Virus record (IMG/VR): IMGVR_UViG_2667527408_000002
Coordinates: 6,485-70,484 of that record
Reading direction: 5' to 3' (one strand)
DNA: 64,000 nucleotides
Origin: a virus
Taxonomy: Duplodnaviria; Caudoviricetes
How positions within the stretch are numbered: position 1 is the first letter of the stretch; each line of letters starts with the position of its first letter. Of this stretch, positions 1 through 10,333 are shown piece after piece. The position numbers and the translations under genes are program-made. The notes beneath the pieces are model-generated. The model did not search any database. It saw only the letters and a list, made by a program, of their open reading frames with translations, and was not told where the DNA came from.

Positions 1-1
1 C

Positions 2-427
2 ACAAAGACCGTCGCCAAGATCAGAGCCGCTATCGAAGCTGCATACCATGACGGCGAGTCCAAGCTGAAGGGCAACGGCAAGTCTGTGCCTCCACTGGCG
101 GCACTCAAAATTCCTCTCAGGGACGGAGATTCTGAGCGTCCTGACGATCCCGCTTATGCCAACGCTTACTTCATCAACGCAAACTCTGCCACCGCTCCCG
201 GTATTGTCGATGCTGACCGCAATCCCGTTCTTACCCGCTCCGAGGTTTACTCCGGTGTTTACGGCAGGGCAAGCATCAGTTTTTATGCCTTCAATAGCAA
301 TGGAAACAAGGGAATCGCATGTGGTTTGAACAACCTGCAGAAGGTACGCGACGGCGAGCCTCTCGGCGGCAAGACCAGTGCTGAGTCCGATTTCGCAACC
401 GACGATGACAACGATTTTCTGAACTGA
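2..427 (+). CDS. Phage ssDNA-binding protein (DUF2815-like), 5' partial
   Basis: Frame open from window start; YSGVYGRASISFYAFNSNGNKGIACGLNNLQK and acidic C-terminal tail. Confidence 0.85.
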   Translation, partial: TKTVAKIRAAIEAAYHDGESKLKGNGKSVPPLAALKIPLRDGDSERPDDPAYANAYFINANSATAPGIVDADRNPVLTRSEVYSGVYGRASISFYAFNSNGNKGIACGLNNLQKVRDGEPLGGKTSAESDFATDDDNDFLN

Positions 428-447
428 GAAAGGAAGGGTGAAAAGCT

Positions 448-633
448 ATGACAACCTTACAAACCATCTTGTTGACCGTCCTTATTGCCATCTGGCTCTG
501 TTTCAGCATTGTATTCCTGATTAATGCGATTCAGAGCGCAGTGTATGACCGCAAGCGTGAGAAGCGTGAAAAAGCACAGGCCGTCCGTGATAAGGAATAC
601 CATGAGCTGCGCATGAAGGAAATCAGCAAGTAA
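448..633 (+). CDS. Small membrane protein
   Basis: 61 aa, one hydrophobic helix followed by charged tail, purine-rich RBS. Confidence 0.65.
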   Translation: MTTLQTILLTVLIAIWLCFSIVFLINAIQSAVYDRKREKREKAQAVRDKEYHELRMKEISK

Positions 634-643
634 CAGTATCTAT

Positions 644-675
644 GAGGGCGGCAGAGACATTCTTTGCCGCCTTCT
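644..675 (+). terminator. Hairpin before polymerase gene
   Basis: GAGGGCGGCAGAGA-CAT-TCTTTGCCGCCTTC. Confidence 0.5.
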
Positions 676-691
676 TCTCAATAAAGGATGG

Positions 692-2638
692 TTGATTATG
701 AAAACACTCAGTATAGATATTGAAACCTATAGCAGCGTCAATCTCGCAAAATCAGGTGTTTACCGCTATGTCGAGTCACCGGATTTTGAGATTATTTTGT
801 TCGGCTATTCCGTAGATGGTGGCTCTGTTCAGGTCGTTGACCTTGCCTGCGGTGAAATGCTCCCGCCTGAGATCACGACGGCGCTTACCGATGAAGCTGT
901 AACAAAGTGGGCCTTCAATGCAAACTTTGAGCGGGTCTGCCTGTCTCATTTTCTTGGACTCCCAACCAGCGAATATATCAACCCTGCCTCGTGGAAGTGC
1001 TCCATGATATGGGCTGCGACAATGGGACTGCCGCTTTCACTGGAAGGCGTCGGATCGGTGCTTAAGCTGGATAAGCAAAAGCTCACCGAGGGCAAAGACC
1101 TCATTAAATACTTCTGCCAGCCTTGTGCTCCGACGAAATCCAACGGTCAGCGCTCCCGAAATTACCCGTACCACGCGCCGGACAAGTGGTCGGCGTTCAA
1201 AAAATATAACGCCCGCGATGTTGAAGCGGAGATGTCCATACAGGCCAAGCTCGCCAAGTTTCCGGTACCAGACAGTGTCTGGGATGAATATCACCTCGAC
1301 CAAGAGATAAATGACCGAGGCGTTGCGCTGGATATGACGCTGGTGCAGGAGGCCATTGCTATGGACGGTCGTTCCCGTTCTGAACTCACCACTGCCATGA
1401 AATCACTGACTGAGCTGGATAATCCAAATTCGGTACAGCAAATGAAGCAGTGGCTTGCCGATAACGGCATGGAGACGGATACGCTTGGCAAAAAGGCAGT
1501 CATCGAGTTACTGAAAACGGCACCACCGGAACTTGCAGATGTTCTCTCCCTCCGTCAGCAACTCGCCAAATCGTCGGTACGAAAATATCAGGCGATGCAA
1601 AATGCAGTCTGCTCCGATGGTCGCGCCCGTGGGATGTTTCAGTTTTGTGGAGCCAATCGCACAGGTCGCTGGGCAGGCAGGCTTATACAGATGCAAAACC
1701 TGCCGCAGAACCATTTGGAGGATTTAGCTGAAGCCCGCTCCCTTGTTCGCTGCGGCGACTTTGATGCGCTGGAAATGCTCTACGAGGATGTGCCAGACAC
1801 ACTGTCGCAGCTCATTCGCACAGCATTTGTGCCAAGAACCGATGCAAAGTTCATCGTTTCCGACTTTAGCGCCATCGAAGCCCGAGTGATCGCATGGCTC
1901 GCCGGTGAACAGTGGCGGCAGGACGTGTTTGCCAAAGGCGGCGACATCTACTGCGCCTCAGCCAGTCAGATGTTCAAGGTGCCAGTTGAGAAGCATGGTG
2001 TCAATGGCCATCTACGCCAGAAAGGCAAAATCGCCGAACTTGCCCTCGGTTATGGCGGAGCAGTTGGTGCGCTCAAGGCAATGGGTGCTCTTGAAATGGG
2101 GCTTACTGAAGATGAGCTCCCTCCACTCGTTGACGCATGGCGGCAGTCCAATCCGCACATCGTGAAATTCTGGTGGGACGTTGACCGCGCCGCGATGGAG
2201 GCAGTTCGTCACAAGCATACCAATGAAACCCACGGCATCGTTTTTACCTGCCGGAGCGGGATGCTGTTCATCACACTTCCGTCTGGTAGGCAGCTTGCCT
2301 ATGTAAAGCCGCGCATCGGTGAGAACAAGTTCGGTAGCAGTTGCATTACTTACGAAGGCGTCGGCGGCACAAAAAAATGGGAGCGGCTGGATTCTTATGG
2401 GCCGAAGCTCGTTGAAAACATCGTTCAGGCTACAGCTCGTGACATTCTCTGCTACGCCATGCAGACGCTCCGGTGCTGCTCGATTGTCATGCATATCCAC
2501 GACGAAGTAGTAATCGAAGCCGATACGCACATGTCGCTGGATGCTGTCTGCCAACAGATGGGTCGGACGCCGCCATGGGCAAAAGGGCTGCTGCTCCGTG
2601 CCGATGGCTACGAGACAGATTTTTATAAAAAAGATTAA
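692..2638 (+). CDS. Phage family A DNA polymerase with 3'-5' exonuclease domain
   Basis: DIETYS exonuclease motif; DFSAIEAR, RQKGKIAELALGYG and HIHDE polymerase motifs. Confidence 0.93.
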   Translation: MIMKTLSIDIETYSSVNLAKSGVYRYVESPDFEIILFGYSVDGGSVQVVDLACGEMLPPEITTALTDEAVTKWAFNANFERVCLSHFLGLPTSEYINPASWKCSMIWAATMGLPLSLEGVGSVLKLDKQKLTEGKDLIKYFCQPCAPTKSNGQRSRNYPYHAPDKWSAFKKYNARDVEAEMSIQAKLAKFPVPDSVWDEYHLDQEINDRGVALDMTLVQEAIAMDGRSRSELTTAMKSLTELDNPNSVQQMKQWLADNGMETDTLGKKAVIELLKTAPPELADVLSLRQQLAKSSVRKYQAMQNAVCSDGRARGMFQFCGANRTGRWAGRLIQMQNLPQNHLEDLAEARSLVRCGDFDALEMLYEDVPDTLSQLIRTAFVPRTDAKFIVSDFSAIEARVIAWLAGEQWRQDVFAKGGDIYCASASQMFKVPVEKHGVNGHLRQKGKIAELALGYGGAVGALKAMGALEMGLTEDELPPLVDAWRQSNPHIVKFWWDVDRAAMEAVRHKHTNETHGIVFTCRSGMLFITLPSGRQLAYVKPRIGENKFGSSCITYEGVGGTKKWERLDSYGPKLVENIVQATARDILCYAMQTLRCCSIVMHIHDEVVIEADTHMSLDAVCQQMGRTPPWAKGLLLRADGYETDFYKKD

Positions 2639-2642
2639 AAGG

Positions 2643-2675
2643 TTTCGTCCAAAGTGGGCTTTTTGTTCCAGTGAG
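2643..2675 (+). promoter_or_regulatory. Bipartite motif TTTCGTCCAAA-N12-TTCCAGTGAG, copy 1
   Basis: Identical boxes and spacing recur at 31155-31187. Confidence 0.6.
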
Positions 2676-2719
2676 ATTTAGAGGTGGGCAAAAAGTCCGC
2701 CGTGAAAGGAGTGTTCCTA

Positions 2720-3145
2720 ATGAGTATAGACAAATACAACAGTGAGGGATATTACGACCCAACTGCCTATGAAGCAATGTCCATTATTGAAAAAGAGGAA
2801 CGGGCGCTTCGAGCATTCCGGCCTATCATATATATTTGCTCTCCATTTTCAGGAGATGTGGAAGGTAACGTGAGGGCCGCGCAGGGCTACAGCCGATATG
2901 CCGTGGACAATGGCTACATTCCAGTCGCACCGCACCTGCTGTTCCCACAGTTTCTAAACGATGATAATCCCGCGGAGCGCCAGCTTGGGTTGTTCTTCGG
3001 AAACGCCCTGATGAGCAAATGCTCAGAGGTATGGGTATTCGGCAGCATTATCTCGGCCGGTATGGAGGCTGAAATCAAAAGGGCCAAGTGGAAGAACTAC
3101 CGTTTGCGCTACTTTACCGAAAACTGCGAGGAGGTGCAGGTTTGA
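2720..3145 (+). CDS. DUF4406-like phage protein (nucleoside deoxyribosyltransferase-like fold)
   Basis: YICSPF, PVAPHLLFPQF, CSEVWVFG; homologous to 59746-60183. Confidence 0.75.
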   Translation: MSIDKYNSEGYYDPTAYEAMSIIEKEERALRAFRPIIYICSPFSGDVEGNVRAAQGYSRYAVDNGYIPVAPHLLFPQFLNDDNPAERQLGLFFGNALMSKCSEVWVFGSIISAGMEAEIKRAKWKNYRLRYFTENCEEVQV

Positions 3146-5418
3146 TGTTCACCCTTTATCATTCTGATTTTATCGGCAACCCCGGCAATTGCTCCTATCC
3201 TTACAAGGTGGAAATTACCGATTCAGCATCACTGGCCGCTGCGGTCGGTCGAGACTATGTGTGCGCAGAGTACAAAAATAACTATCGAAACGGCGATAAC
3301 TTCATAGGCAGCGACTGCCTGCCGGTGGACTGTGATAACGACCACTCGGAAAACCCTGAAGATTGGATTCTGCCAGCCGATGTTATGGAGGCTTTTCCCG
3401 GTGTGACCTTTGCCGTTCACTACAGCCGGTCTAATATGCGTGAAAAGAACGGTAAACCCGCTCGGCCGAAATTTCATGTTCTTTTTCCCATCGACCACAT
3501 TACAGACGCAGCCTGCTACAGTGATATGAAGAAACTGGTTAATGCCATCTTTCCATATTTCGACACCAAGGCGCTGGATGCCGCTCGTTTTTTCTTCGGT
3601 ACCAATTCGCCGGAGGTAGAGATTTACGAAGGCGGCATGAACTTAAGCGAGTTTTTGGAAAGCGATGATTTCGATGTGGATATGACCAGTGGTCATCATG
3701 CCAATCAGGTCATCCCGGAAGGAAGTCGTAACGCTACCATGTCCCGCTTCGCCGGTCGCGTCATTAAAAAGTATGGTGATGGTGATGCCGCTTATCAGTG
3801 CTTTTTGGAAGAAGCCGCAAAATGCTCTCCGCCACTTGGGGAGCAGGAGCTATTTACCATCTGGCACAGCGCCCAGCGCTTCTTTGCAAAGGTTCAACAG
3901 CAGGACGGATATGTGCCACCGGAGGTATATAACGACCCAGTGTCATATAAACCCGGAGATTACTCCGATGTAGGACAGGCGGAAGTACTGGCAAAATACT
4001 TCTCTTGTGGGCTGCGGTACTCTCCGGCTACGCACTTCATCCGCTACAACGAGCACTATTGGCAGGAAAGCGAACCCGGCGCACAAGCCGTCGCCCATGA
4101 GCTTACCCGTCGCCAGCTCACAGAAGCCACGAAAGACCTGCAATCGGCGATGAAACTGCTGATGGAAAACGGCGGTCAGGAAATCGTCGAGAATACCTCC
4201 AAGTCAAAGGCGGAGTCTCTTATGAACAACGCGCAGCTTGAAGCATATCGGGATTTTCTTGCAGCCAAAGTATATCAGTCCTTCGCCATTCGTCGCCGGG
4301 ATTCCAAGAATATCACCGCGACGCTTAAGGAGTCGCACCCAATGCTGGAAATATCACCGCGTGACCTCGATGCCGACTGTTTTCTGCTGTGTACGCCTGC
4401 TGCTACTTACGATCTACGGAAAGGCATGGCTGGGGCCAGAGAACATTCGCCAGAGGACTTTATCACCAAAATGACCTCGGTCTCACCCAGCGACAAGTGC
4501 GAACAACTTTGGCTGGACAGCTTAAACCTCATCTTCTGCAGCAATCAGGAGCTTATCGACTATGTACAGATGATTTGTGGACTCGCTGCTATCGGTAAGG
4601 TTTATGTGGAAGCTCTGATTATTGCTTACGGTGGCGGCCGCAACGGTAAGTCCACCTTCTGGAATGCAGTCTCCCGTGTACTCGGCCTTTACAGCGGCAA
4701 CATCTCTGCTGATACGCTGACGGTCGGATGCCGCCGGAACATCAAACCAGAGATGGCCGAGGTCAAGGGCAAGCGACTGCTCATTGCGGCTGAAATGCAG
4801 GAAGGCGCAAGGCTTAACGATTCTACTGTCAAGCAGCTTTGCTCCACAGACGATGTTTTTGCCGAGAAAAAGTACAAGGACCCATTCAGCTTCACGCCCT
4901 GTCACACGCTCGTCCTCTATACCAACCATCTGCCGAAGGTCAGTGCCTCTGATGACGGTATCTGGCGTAGGCTGATTGTCATACCCTTCGACGCTAAAAT
5001 CGAGGGCAGCAGCGACATCAAGAACTACGGCGAGTACCTCTATCAGAACGCCGGTGAAAGTATTCTCGCGTGGATTATTGATGGTGCTAAAAAAGTCATT
5101 GCGCTGGATTACAAAATCCCGGTACCGGAATGTGTGCAGAAAGCCATTGCGGAGTACCGGGCGCAAAACGACTGGTTTGGCCATTTCCTTGAGGACAAAT
5201 GTGAGCTTGGTGCGAGTTTCCGGGAAAGTTCCAGTGCACTGTATCAGACGTATCGGAATTACTGCATTGACACCAATGAGTATATCCGTAGCACGACGGA
5301 CTTCTATGCTGCGCTGGAGGCTGCCGGGTATGGGCGAATTAAGGCAAAAAACAAGCGGTTCTTTACAGGACTACGACTGAAAATCGACGACGGAGATTTT
5401 GAGGATTTCCTGAACTGA
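3145..5418 (+). CDS. P4-family/D5-like primase-helicase
   Basis: PriCT-like EGSRNATM; Walker A GGGRNGKST; TNHLP and RRLIVIPF; ATG overlaps upstream stop. Confidence 0.92.
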   Translation: MFTLYHSDFIGNPGNCSYPYKVEITDSASLAAAVGRDYVCAEYKNNYRNGDNFIGSDCLPVDCDNDHSENPEDWILPADVMEAFPGVTFAVHYSRSNMREKNGKPARPKFHVLFPIDHITDAACYSDMKKLVNAIFPYFDTKALDAARFFFGTNSPEVEIYEGGMNLSEFLESDDFDVDMTSGHHANQVIPEGSRNATMSRFAGRVIKKYGDGDAAYQCFLEEAAKCSPPLGEQELFTIWHSAQRFFAKVQQQDGYVPPEVYNDPVSYKPGDYSDVGQAEVLAKYFSCGLRYSPATHFIRYNEHYWQESEPGAQAVAHELTRRQLTEATKDLQSAMKLLMENGGQEIVENTSKSKAESLMNNAQLEAYRDFLAAKVYQSFAIRRRDSKNITATLKESHPMLEISPRDLDADCFLLCTPAATYDLRKGMAGAREHSPEDFITKMTSVSPSDKCEQLWLDSLNLIFCSNQELIDYVQMICGLAAIGKVYVEALIIAYGGGRNGKSTFWNAVSRVLGLYSGNISADTLTVGCRRNIKPEMAEVKGKRLLIAAEMQEGARLNDSTVKQLCSTDDVFAEKKYKDPFSFTPCHTLVLYTNHLPKVSASDDGIWRRLIVIPFDAKIEGSSDIKNYGEYLYQNAGESILAWIIDGAKKVIALDYKIPVPECVQKAIAEYRAQNDWFGHFLEDKCELGASFRESSSALYQTYRNYCIDTNEYIRSTTDFYAALEAAGYGRIKAKNKRFFTGLRLKIDDGDFEDFLN

Positions 5419-5426
5419 TGGACTAT

Positions 5427-5525
5427 GGGGTAACCTCGATAAAGGTCATATACAAAAAGTCTCTTAAGACCTTAAAAAATAAGTCTAAGAAAAGTTTTAG
5501 AAATGACCTGCGTCGAGGTTACCCC
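5427..5525. other. Putative replication origin of element 1
   Basis: GGGGTAACCTCGA/TCGAGGTTACCCC arms plus AGGTCAT/ATGACCT around an AT-rich core, directly after the primase gene. Confidence 0.55.
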
Positions 5526-5555
5526 TCCTTTAAATCCCTGATGGAGCGTGAGAAT

Positions 5556-5837
5556 ATGAGAGAAAAAGCAATTGAGAAAAAACTGGTTCAGGCAGTCAAA
5601 GCAGCTGGCGGTATCGCACCGAAGTTCACAAGCCCTGGCTTTGACGGTATGCCCGACCGCATCATACTTTTACCGGGTGGACACATGGGTTTCGCGGAAG
5701 TAAAGGCTCCCGGTGAAAAGCCGAGACCGCTGCAACTGGCAAGACACAGAATACTACGAGGGCTTGGTTTCAGAGTTTATGTTTTGGATGACGAGCGGCA
5801 GATTGGAGGAATTCTTGATGAAATACGAACCACATGA
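5556..5837 (+). CDS. VRR-NUC domain nuclease
   Basis: GMPDRI...AEVKAPG..PRPLQ (PD-(D/E)xK type). Confidence 0.88.
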   Translation: MREKAIEKKLVQAVKAAGGIAPKFTSPGFDGMPDRIILLPGGHMGFAEVKAPGEKPRPLQLARHRILRGLGFRVYVLDDERQIGGILDEIRTT

Positions 5838-7182
5838 CTATCAGAAATACGCCATCGGCTACATTGAAGAACACCCCATCGCCGCCGTTCTGTTGGATAT
5901 GGGCCTTGGCAAGACGAGTATCACGCTGACGGCGCTGAATGACCTGTTGTTTGACAGCTTCGAGGCGCATCGCATTTTGGTAATCGCACCACTGCGAGTG
6001 GCACGGGACACATGGCCAACTGAAGCAGATAAGTGGGACCACCTGCAGAACCTCATCTGCTCCGTGGCAGTCGGCACCGAATCTGAGCGCCGTGCGGCAC
6101 TGATAAAACCCGCTGACATTTACATCATTAACAGAGAAAATGTCCAGTGGCTCATTGAGGAAAGCAAGCTGCCCTTCAGTTATGACACCATTGTGGTTGA
6201 TGAGCTGTCATCTTTCAAAAACTACCAAGCAAAGCGATTCCGAGCGCTGATGAAGGTTCGCCCCACGGTAAAACGCATCATCGGATTAACCGGAACGCCG
6301 AGCAGCAATGGCCTCATGGATTTATGGGCTGAGTTCCGACTGCTGGATTTGGGCGTTCGCCTCGGACGGTTCATCAGCCACTACCGGCTTGACTATTTCA
6401 TGCCGGACAAGCGCAATGGGCAGGTCATCTTTAGCTACAAACTGCTGCCCGGAGCCGAACAACGGATCTATGACAAAATCGCTGACATCACCATCTCTAT
6501 GAAATCAACCGATCTTCTGAGAATGCCGGAGCTGATCAACAGCGAATACACCGTCCACCTCTCCGAAGAGGAACACCAACGTTATGATGACCTAAAAAAT
6601 GATCTCGTGCTGCAGCTCCCGGACGGCGACATCACCGCCGCAAATGCCGCTGCTCTCACCGGGAAGCTGTGCCAAATGGCAAACGGTGCTATATATACCG
6701 ACGACGGCGGGACCCTTACCATCCATGAACAAAAGCTGGATGCACTGGAGGATATCATCGAAGCCGCTGGTGGCAAGCCGCTTCTTGTGGCCTATTGGTT
6801 TAAGCATGACCTTGCCCGGATCACCGAGCGTCTACAAAAGCTCCATATCCCGTTCTCCAAGCTGGACAGTGCCGACAGTATCCGCAGGTGGAACACCGGT
6901 GAACTGCCCGTGGCGCTAATCCACCCCGCCTCCGCCGGTCACGGGCTGAACCTTCAAAGCGGCGGCTCCTGCATCGTCTGGTTTGGGCTGACCTGGTCAC
7001 TGGAATTATATCAGCAGACCAACGCCCGTCTGTGGCGGCAGGGCCAGAGCGCCGAAACGGTTGTGGTACAGCACATCGTCGCCAAAGACACTATTGACGA
7101 GCGGATTTTGCGGGTACTGTCGAAAAAGGACAGTACACAGGCCGCTTTGATAGAGGCGGTAAAAGCCGACCTGCACATCTGA
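5818..7182 (+). CDS. SNF2-family helicase
   Basis: DMGLGKT, VVDELS, LTGTP, GHGLNLQ, ARLWRQGQ. Confidence 0.92.
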   Translation: MKYEPHDYQKYAIGYIEEHPIAAVLLDMGLGKTSITLTALNDLLFDSFEAHRILVIAPLRVARDTWPTEADKWDHLQNLICSVAVGTESERRAALIKPADIYIINRENVQWLIEESKLPFSYDTIVVDELSSFKNYQAKRFRALMKVRPTVKRIIGLTGTPSSNGLMDLWAEFRLLDLGVRLGRFISHYRLDYFMPDKRNGQVIFSYKLLPGAEQRIYDKIADITISMKSTDLLRMPELINSEYTVHLSEEEHQRYDDLKNDLVLQLPDGDITAANAAALTGKLCQMANGAIYTDDGGTLTIHEQKLDALEDIIEAAGGKPLLVAYWFKHDLARITERLQKLHIPFSKLDSADSIRRWNTGELPVALIHPASAGHGLNLQSGGSCIVWFGLTWSLELYQQTNARLWRQGQSAETVVVQHIVAKDTIDERILRVLSKKDSTQAALIEAVKADLHI

Positions 7183-7240
7183 GAAAATCTATGACAATCC
7201 GTGCCAATCCGAGAGAAATAAAAATTCGGAGGTACAGATT

Positions 7241-7459
7241 ATGAACAACCCCTATGAAAACTTAGCAAACGCTATCATTTTGAAATCCGCGCAGGATTAT
7301 CGGGAGGCTCTTGGTATCCTGCGATTCAGCCCCAAAGATAAGGATGCCAGTATTACCAAGAATGAAATTGAGCGGTTCTTTCGTTCAGGTTGGTTTGGAC
7401 TTCTGACAAATATCGACCCTGAAATGCTTATCAGCAAGCTTCGCAAGGAGGTGGTGTGA
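7241..7459 (+). CDS. Phage hypothetical protein
   Basis: GGAGG RBS; NPYENLANAII..A..DYR pattern typical of Firmicutes phages. Confidence 0.75.
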   Translation: MNNPYENLANAIILKSAQDYREALGILRFSPKDKDASITKNEIERFFRSGWFGLLTNIDPEMLISKLRKEVV

Positions 7460-7460
7460 C

Positions 7461-7880
7461 ATGAGGGCAAGAGAATATCTTTCCCAAGCCTACCGCCTTG
7501 ATCAGCGCATAAACTCTAAACTGGATCAGGTACAATCGCTTAATGAACTGGCTACAAAAGCAACCTCGACACTCACCGGTATGCCGCGTAACCCAAACCG
7601 TGCTACTTCCACGATGGCAGATGCCGTTGCAAAAATTATTGACTTACAAGCGGAGATCAACCGTGACATAGACCGACTTGTTGACCTTAAACGAGACATT
7701 GTTGCACTTGTGAAATCTGTTGACAACACGGAGTTTCAGACTCTTCTGGAAAAACGCTACCTTTGCTACATGAGTTGGGAGCAGATTGCCGTCGACATGA
7801 ACTACAGCATCCACCACCTATACAAGATACACACTGGCGCATTGGACACTTGCGACGAAATCCTCCATCGTGATACCTGA
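7461..7880 (+). CDS. RinA/ArpU-like late transcriptional activator (DUF1492-like)
   Basis: C-terminal HTH (RYL..SWEQIA.DMNYS); lies before packaging genes; homolog at 63196. Confidence 0.8.
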   Translation: MRAREYLSQAYRLDQRINSKLDQVQSLNELATKATSTLTGMPRNPNRATSTMADAVAKIIDLQAEINRDIDRLVDLKRDIVALVKSVDNTEFQTLLEKRYLCYMSWEQIAVDMNYSIHHLYKIHTGALDTCDEILHRDT

Positions 7881-7921
7881 TGATACCACCTGATACCCGC
7901 CTCTTATGATAGTATTATAAT
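7872..7921 (+). promoter_or_regulatory. Putative late promoter
   Basis: GATACC x3 followed by TAGTATTATAAT. Confidence 0.55.
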
Positions 7922-7997
7922 GTAGAGACAAAATGTAGAGAGCCTTGTGGGAGCAATCCCGCAGGGCTTTCTTTATGCCCCGAAGGAGGTGAACCAA

Positions 7998-8363
7998 ATG
8001 CCATACAAACCGAAACGTCCCTGTGCCTACCCCGGCTGCGGTCGGCTTGCCGTGCGCGAGCAATACTGTGCCGAGCATCAGAAGGTCATGGACAAACGCT
8101 ACAACCAGTACGAGCGTGACCCTGCGTCAAATAAACGGTACGGCCGTAGCTGGAAACGAATCCGTGACCGTTACATCAAGGCACATCCTCTCTGCGAGGA
8201 ATGCCAAAAGCAAGGAAAGCTGACACCCGCCGAGGAGGTGCACCACATTCTCCCGCTCTCCAAAGGCGGCAACAGCAATGCCGAGAACCTCATGGCTCTT
8301 TGCAAAGCCTGTCACTCTCGTATCACTGCCGAGAGCGGCGACCGATGGGGAAAAGGATATTGA
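7998..8363 (+). CDS. HNH endonuclease (packaging-associated)
   Basis: HPLCEEC, VHHILP, NLMALCKACH. Confidence 0.92.
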   Translation: MPYKPKRPCAYPGCGRLAVREQYCAEHQKVMDKRYNQYERDPASNKRYGRSWKRIRDRYIKAHPLCEECQKQGKLTPAEEVHHILPLSKGGNSNAENLMALCKACHSRITAESGDRWGKGY

Positions 8364-8419
8364 AAGAGGCATCGTTTACATTTTAGTACGATGCCTCAAA
8401 GCAATCCATTTTTCATGGT

Positions 8420-8515
8420 CTCTCCCGGTGGGGGTATCAAAATCTCTAAAACAAAAAAATCTGGACAGCGGCGTGGAGCTTCGTGTTGAAAAACGCGGTT
8501 TCAAACGGTGGAATA
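8420..8515. other. Putative cos region
   Basis: Intergenic between HNH and small terminase; GGGGG...ACAGCGGCGTGG layout typical of cos phages. Confidence 0.45.
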
Positions 8516-8534
8516 GCCCCGGCGCGCAAGGAGT

Positions 8535-9095
8535 GTGATGAATATGGCGAAAGACGGCACCTGCAGAGGCGGTGCTCGCATCGGTGCTGGTGCGAAAAAG
8601 AAGCCTCTCGCCGATAAAATATCAGCCCGCAATCCCTGCGGAAGAAAATTGACTGTGATGGAGTTTTCTGACACTGCCGACCTGCAAGGTCAGGCGATGC
8701 CGGAACCGAACAAAATGCTCGAAGCCGTGCAGAAGGACGGTAAGACGCTCGTTGCGGCAGACATCTACAAAAATACATGGCACTGGCTGAACGAGCGCGG
8801 ATGCGCCGCTCTTGTTTCACCCCAGCTTCTGGAACGCTACGCCATGAGCGTGGCTCGGTGGATTCAGTGTGAAGAGGCGGTTACCGAATACGGTTTTTTG
8901 GCAAAGCACCCCACCACGGGCAACGCCATTCAAAGTCCTTATGTGGCGATGGGTCAGAACTACATGAACCAGACAAATCGGTTGTGGATGGAGATTTTCC
9001 AGATCGTCAAGGAAAACTGCACCGGTGAGTATGGCGGAACTAATCCGCAGGACGATGTGATGGAGCGGCTGCTTACCGCTCGGAAAGGCGGCTGA
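8535..9095 (+). CDS. Terminase small subunit (P27 family)
   Basis: RGGARIGAG.K N-terminus, HPTTG...SPYV, gene position. Confidence 0.85.
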   Translation: MMNMAKDGTCRGGARIGAGAKKKPLADKISARNPCGRKLTVMEFSDTADLQGQAMPEPNKMLEAVQKDGKTLVAADIYKNTWHWLNERGCAALVSPQLLERYAMSVARWIQCEEAVTEYGFLAKHPTTGNAIQSPYVAMGQNYMNQTNRLWMEIFQIVKENCTGEYGGTNPQDDVMERLLTARKGG

Positions 9096-9100
9096 AAGCT

Positions 9101-10333
9101 ATGCTGATAGAAAAAATTCAAACTGATCGACTCGTTCCCGCCAATTACAATCCTCGCAAAGACCTGAAACCAGGTGATCCAGAATATGAAAAGCTGAGAC
9201 GCTCGCTTGAGGAGTTCGGCTATGTCGAACCCGTTATATGGAATAAAGCCACCTCCCATATCGTTGGCGGTCATCAGAGATTAAAGGTGCTGCTCGATAT
9301 GGGTGTCACCGAGGTTGATTGCGTAGTTGTCGAGATGGACGCTGAAAAGGAAAAGGCGCTCAATGTTGCGCTTAATAAAATCAGCGGTGACTGGGATAAA
9401 GACAAGCTGGCTCTGCTCATTGCAGATTTGCAGGGTGCGGACTTTGATGTGTCGCTCACGGGCTTCGACCCCGGAGAAATTGACGACCTATTCAAGGACT
9501 CGCTCAAGGACGGTATCAAAGATGATGATTTTGATGTTGACGCGGAACTTAAAAAGCCCGCCGTTACAAAGCTCGGTGATATCTGGACGCTTGGCCGCCA
9601 TCGGCTGGTCTGCGGCGATTCTACCAAAGCCGTCACCTTCACCGCTTTGATGAACGGGAAGCTCGCCAATCTGGTGGTGACCGACCCGCCGTACAATGTC
9701 AACTATGAAGGAACGGCTGGAAAGATTAAAAACGACAATATGGGCGATGAAGCGTTCTATGACTTCCTGCTTGCGGCGTTTACAAACACCGAAGCGGCGA
9801 TGGCACAGGACGCTTCCATTTATGTGTTCCATGCCGACACTGAAGGGTTGAATTTCCGTAAGGCATTCTCAGATGCAGGCTTTCAGCTTTCCGGGTGCTG
9901 CATCTGGAAGAAGCCGTCGCTGGTGCTGGGACGCTCACCATATCAATGGCAGCATGAACCTGTCCTCTTCGGCTGGAAGAAAAAAGGCAAGCACAACTGG
10001 TATGCCGACCGCAAGCAGACGACCATCTGGGAATTTGATAAGTCGAAGAAAAACGCTGACCATCCCACCATGAAGCCGGTTGCACTGCTGGCATATCCCA
10101 TTATGAACAGCAGCCTCACCAACTGTATCGTGCTTGACCCTTTCGGCGGCAGCGGTTCTACGCTCATCGCATGCGAGCAGTCTGACAGGATTTGCTTTAC
10201 CATAGAACTTGATGAAAAATACTGCGACGTCATTATAAAGCGGTATATCGAGCAAGTCAGCGCTGCAGACGGTGTTTCCGTTACCCGCGATGGTGTCACG
10301 ATGAAATATACAGATGTGGCTGTCAATGAATAA
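9101..10333 (+). CDS. ParB-domain plus N6A/N4C DNA methyltransferase
   Basis: YNPRK...GGHQR ParB domain; TDPPY, HPTMKP, DPFGGSG. Confidence 0.92.
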   Translation: MLIEKIQTDRLVPANYNPRKDLKPGDPEYEKLRRSLEEFGYVEPVIWNKATSHIVGGHQRLKVLLDMGVTEVDCVVVEMDAEKEKALNVALNKISGDWDKDKLALLIADLQGADFDVSLTGFDPGEIDDLFKDSLKDGIKDDDFDVDAELKKPAVTKLGDIWTLGRHRLVCGDSTKAVTFTALMNGKLANLVVTDPPYNVNYEGTAGKIKNDNMGDEAFYDFLLAAFTNTEAAMAQDASIYVFHADTEGLNFRKAFSDAGFQLSGCCIWKKPSLVLGRSPYQWQHEPVLFGWKKKGKHNWYADRKQTTIWEFDKSKKNADHPTMKPVALLAYPIMNSSLTNCIVLDPFGGSGSTLIACEQSDRICFTIELDEKYCDVIIKRYIEQVSAADGVSVTRDGVTMKYTDVAVNE

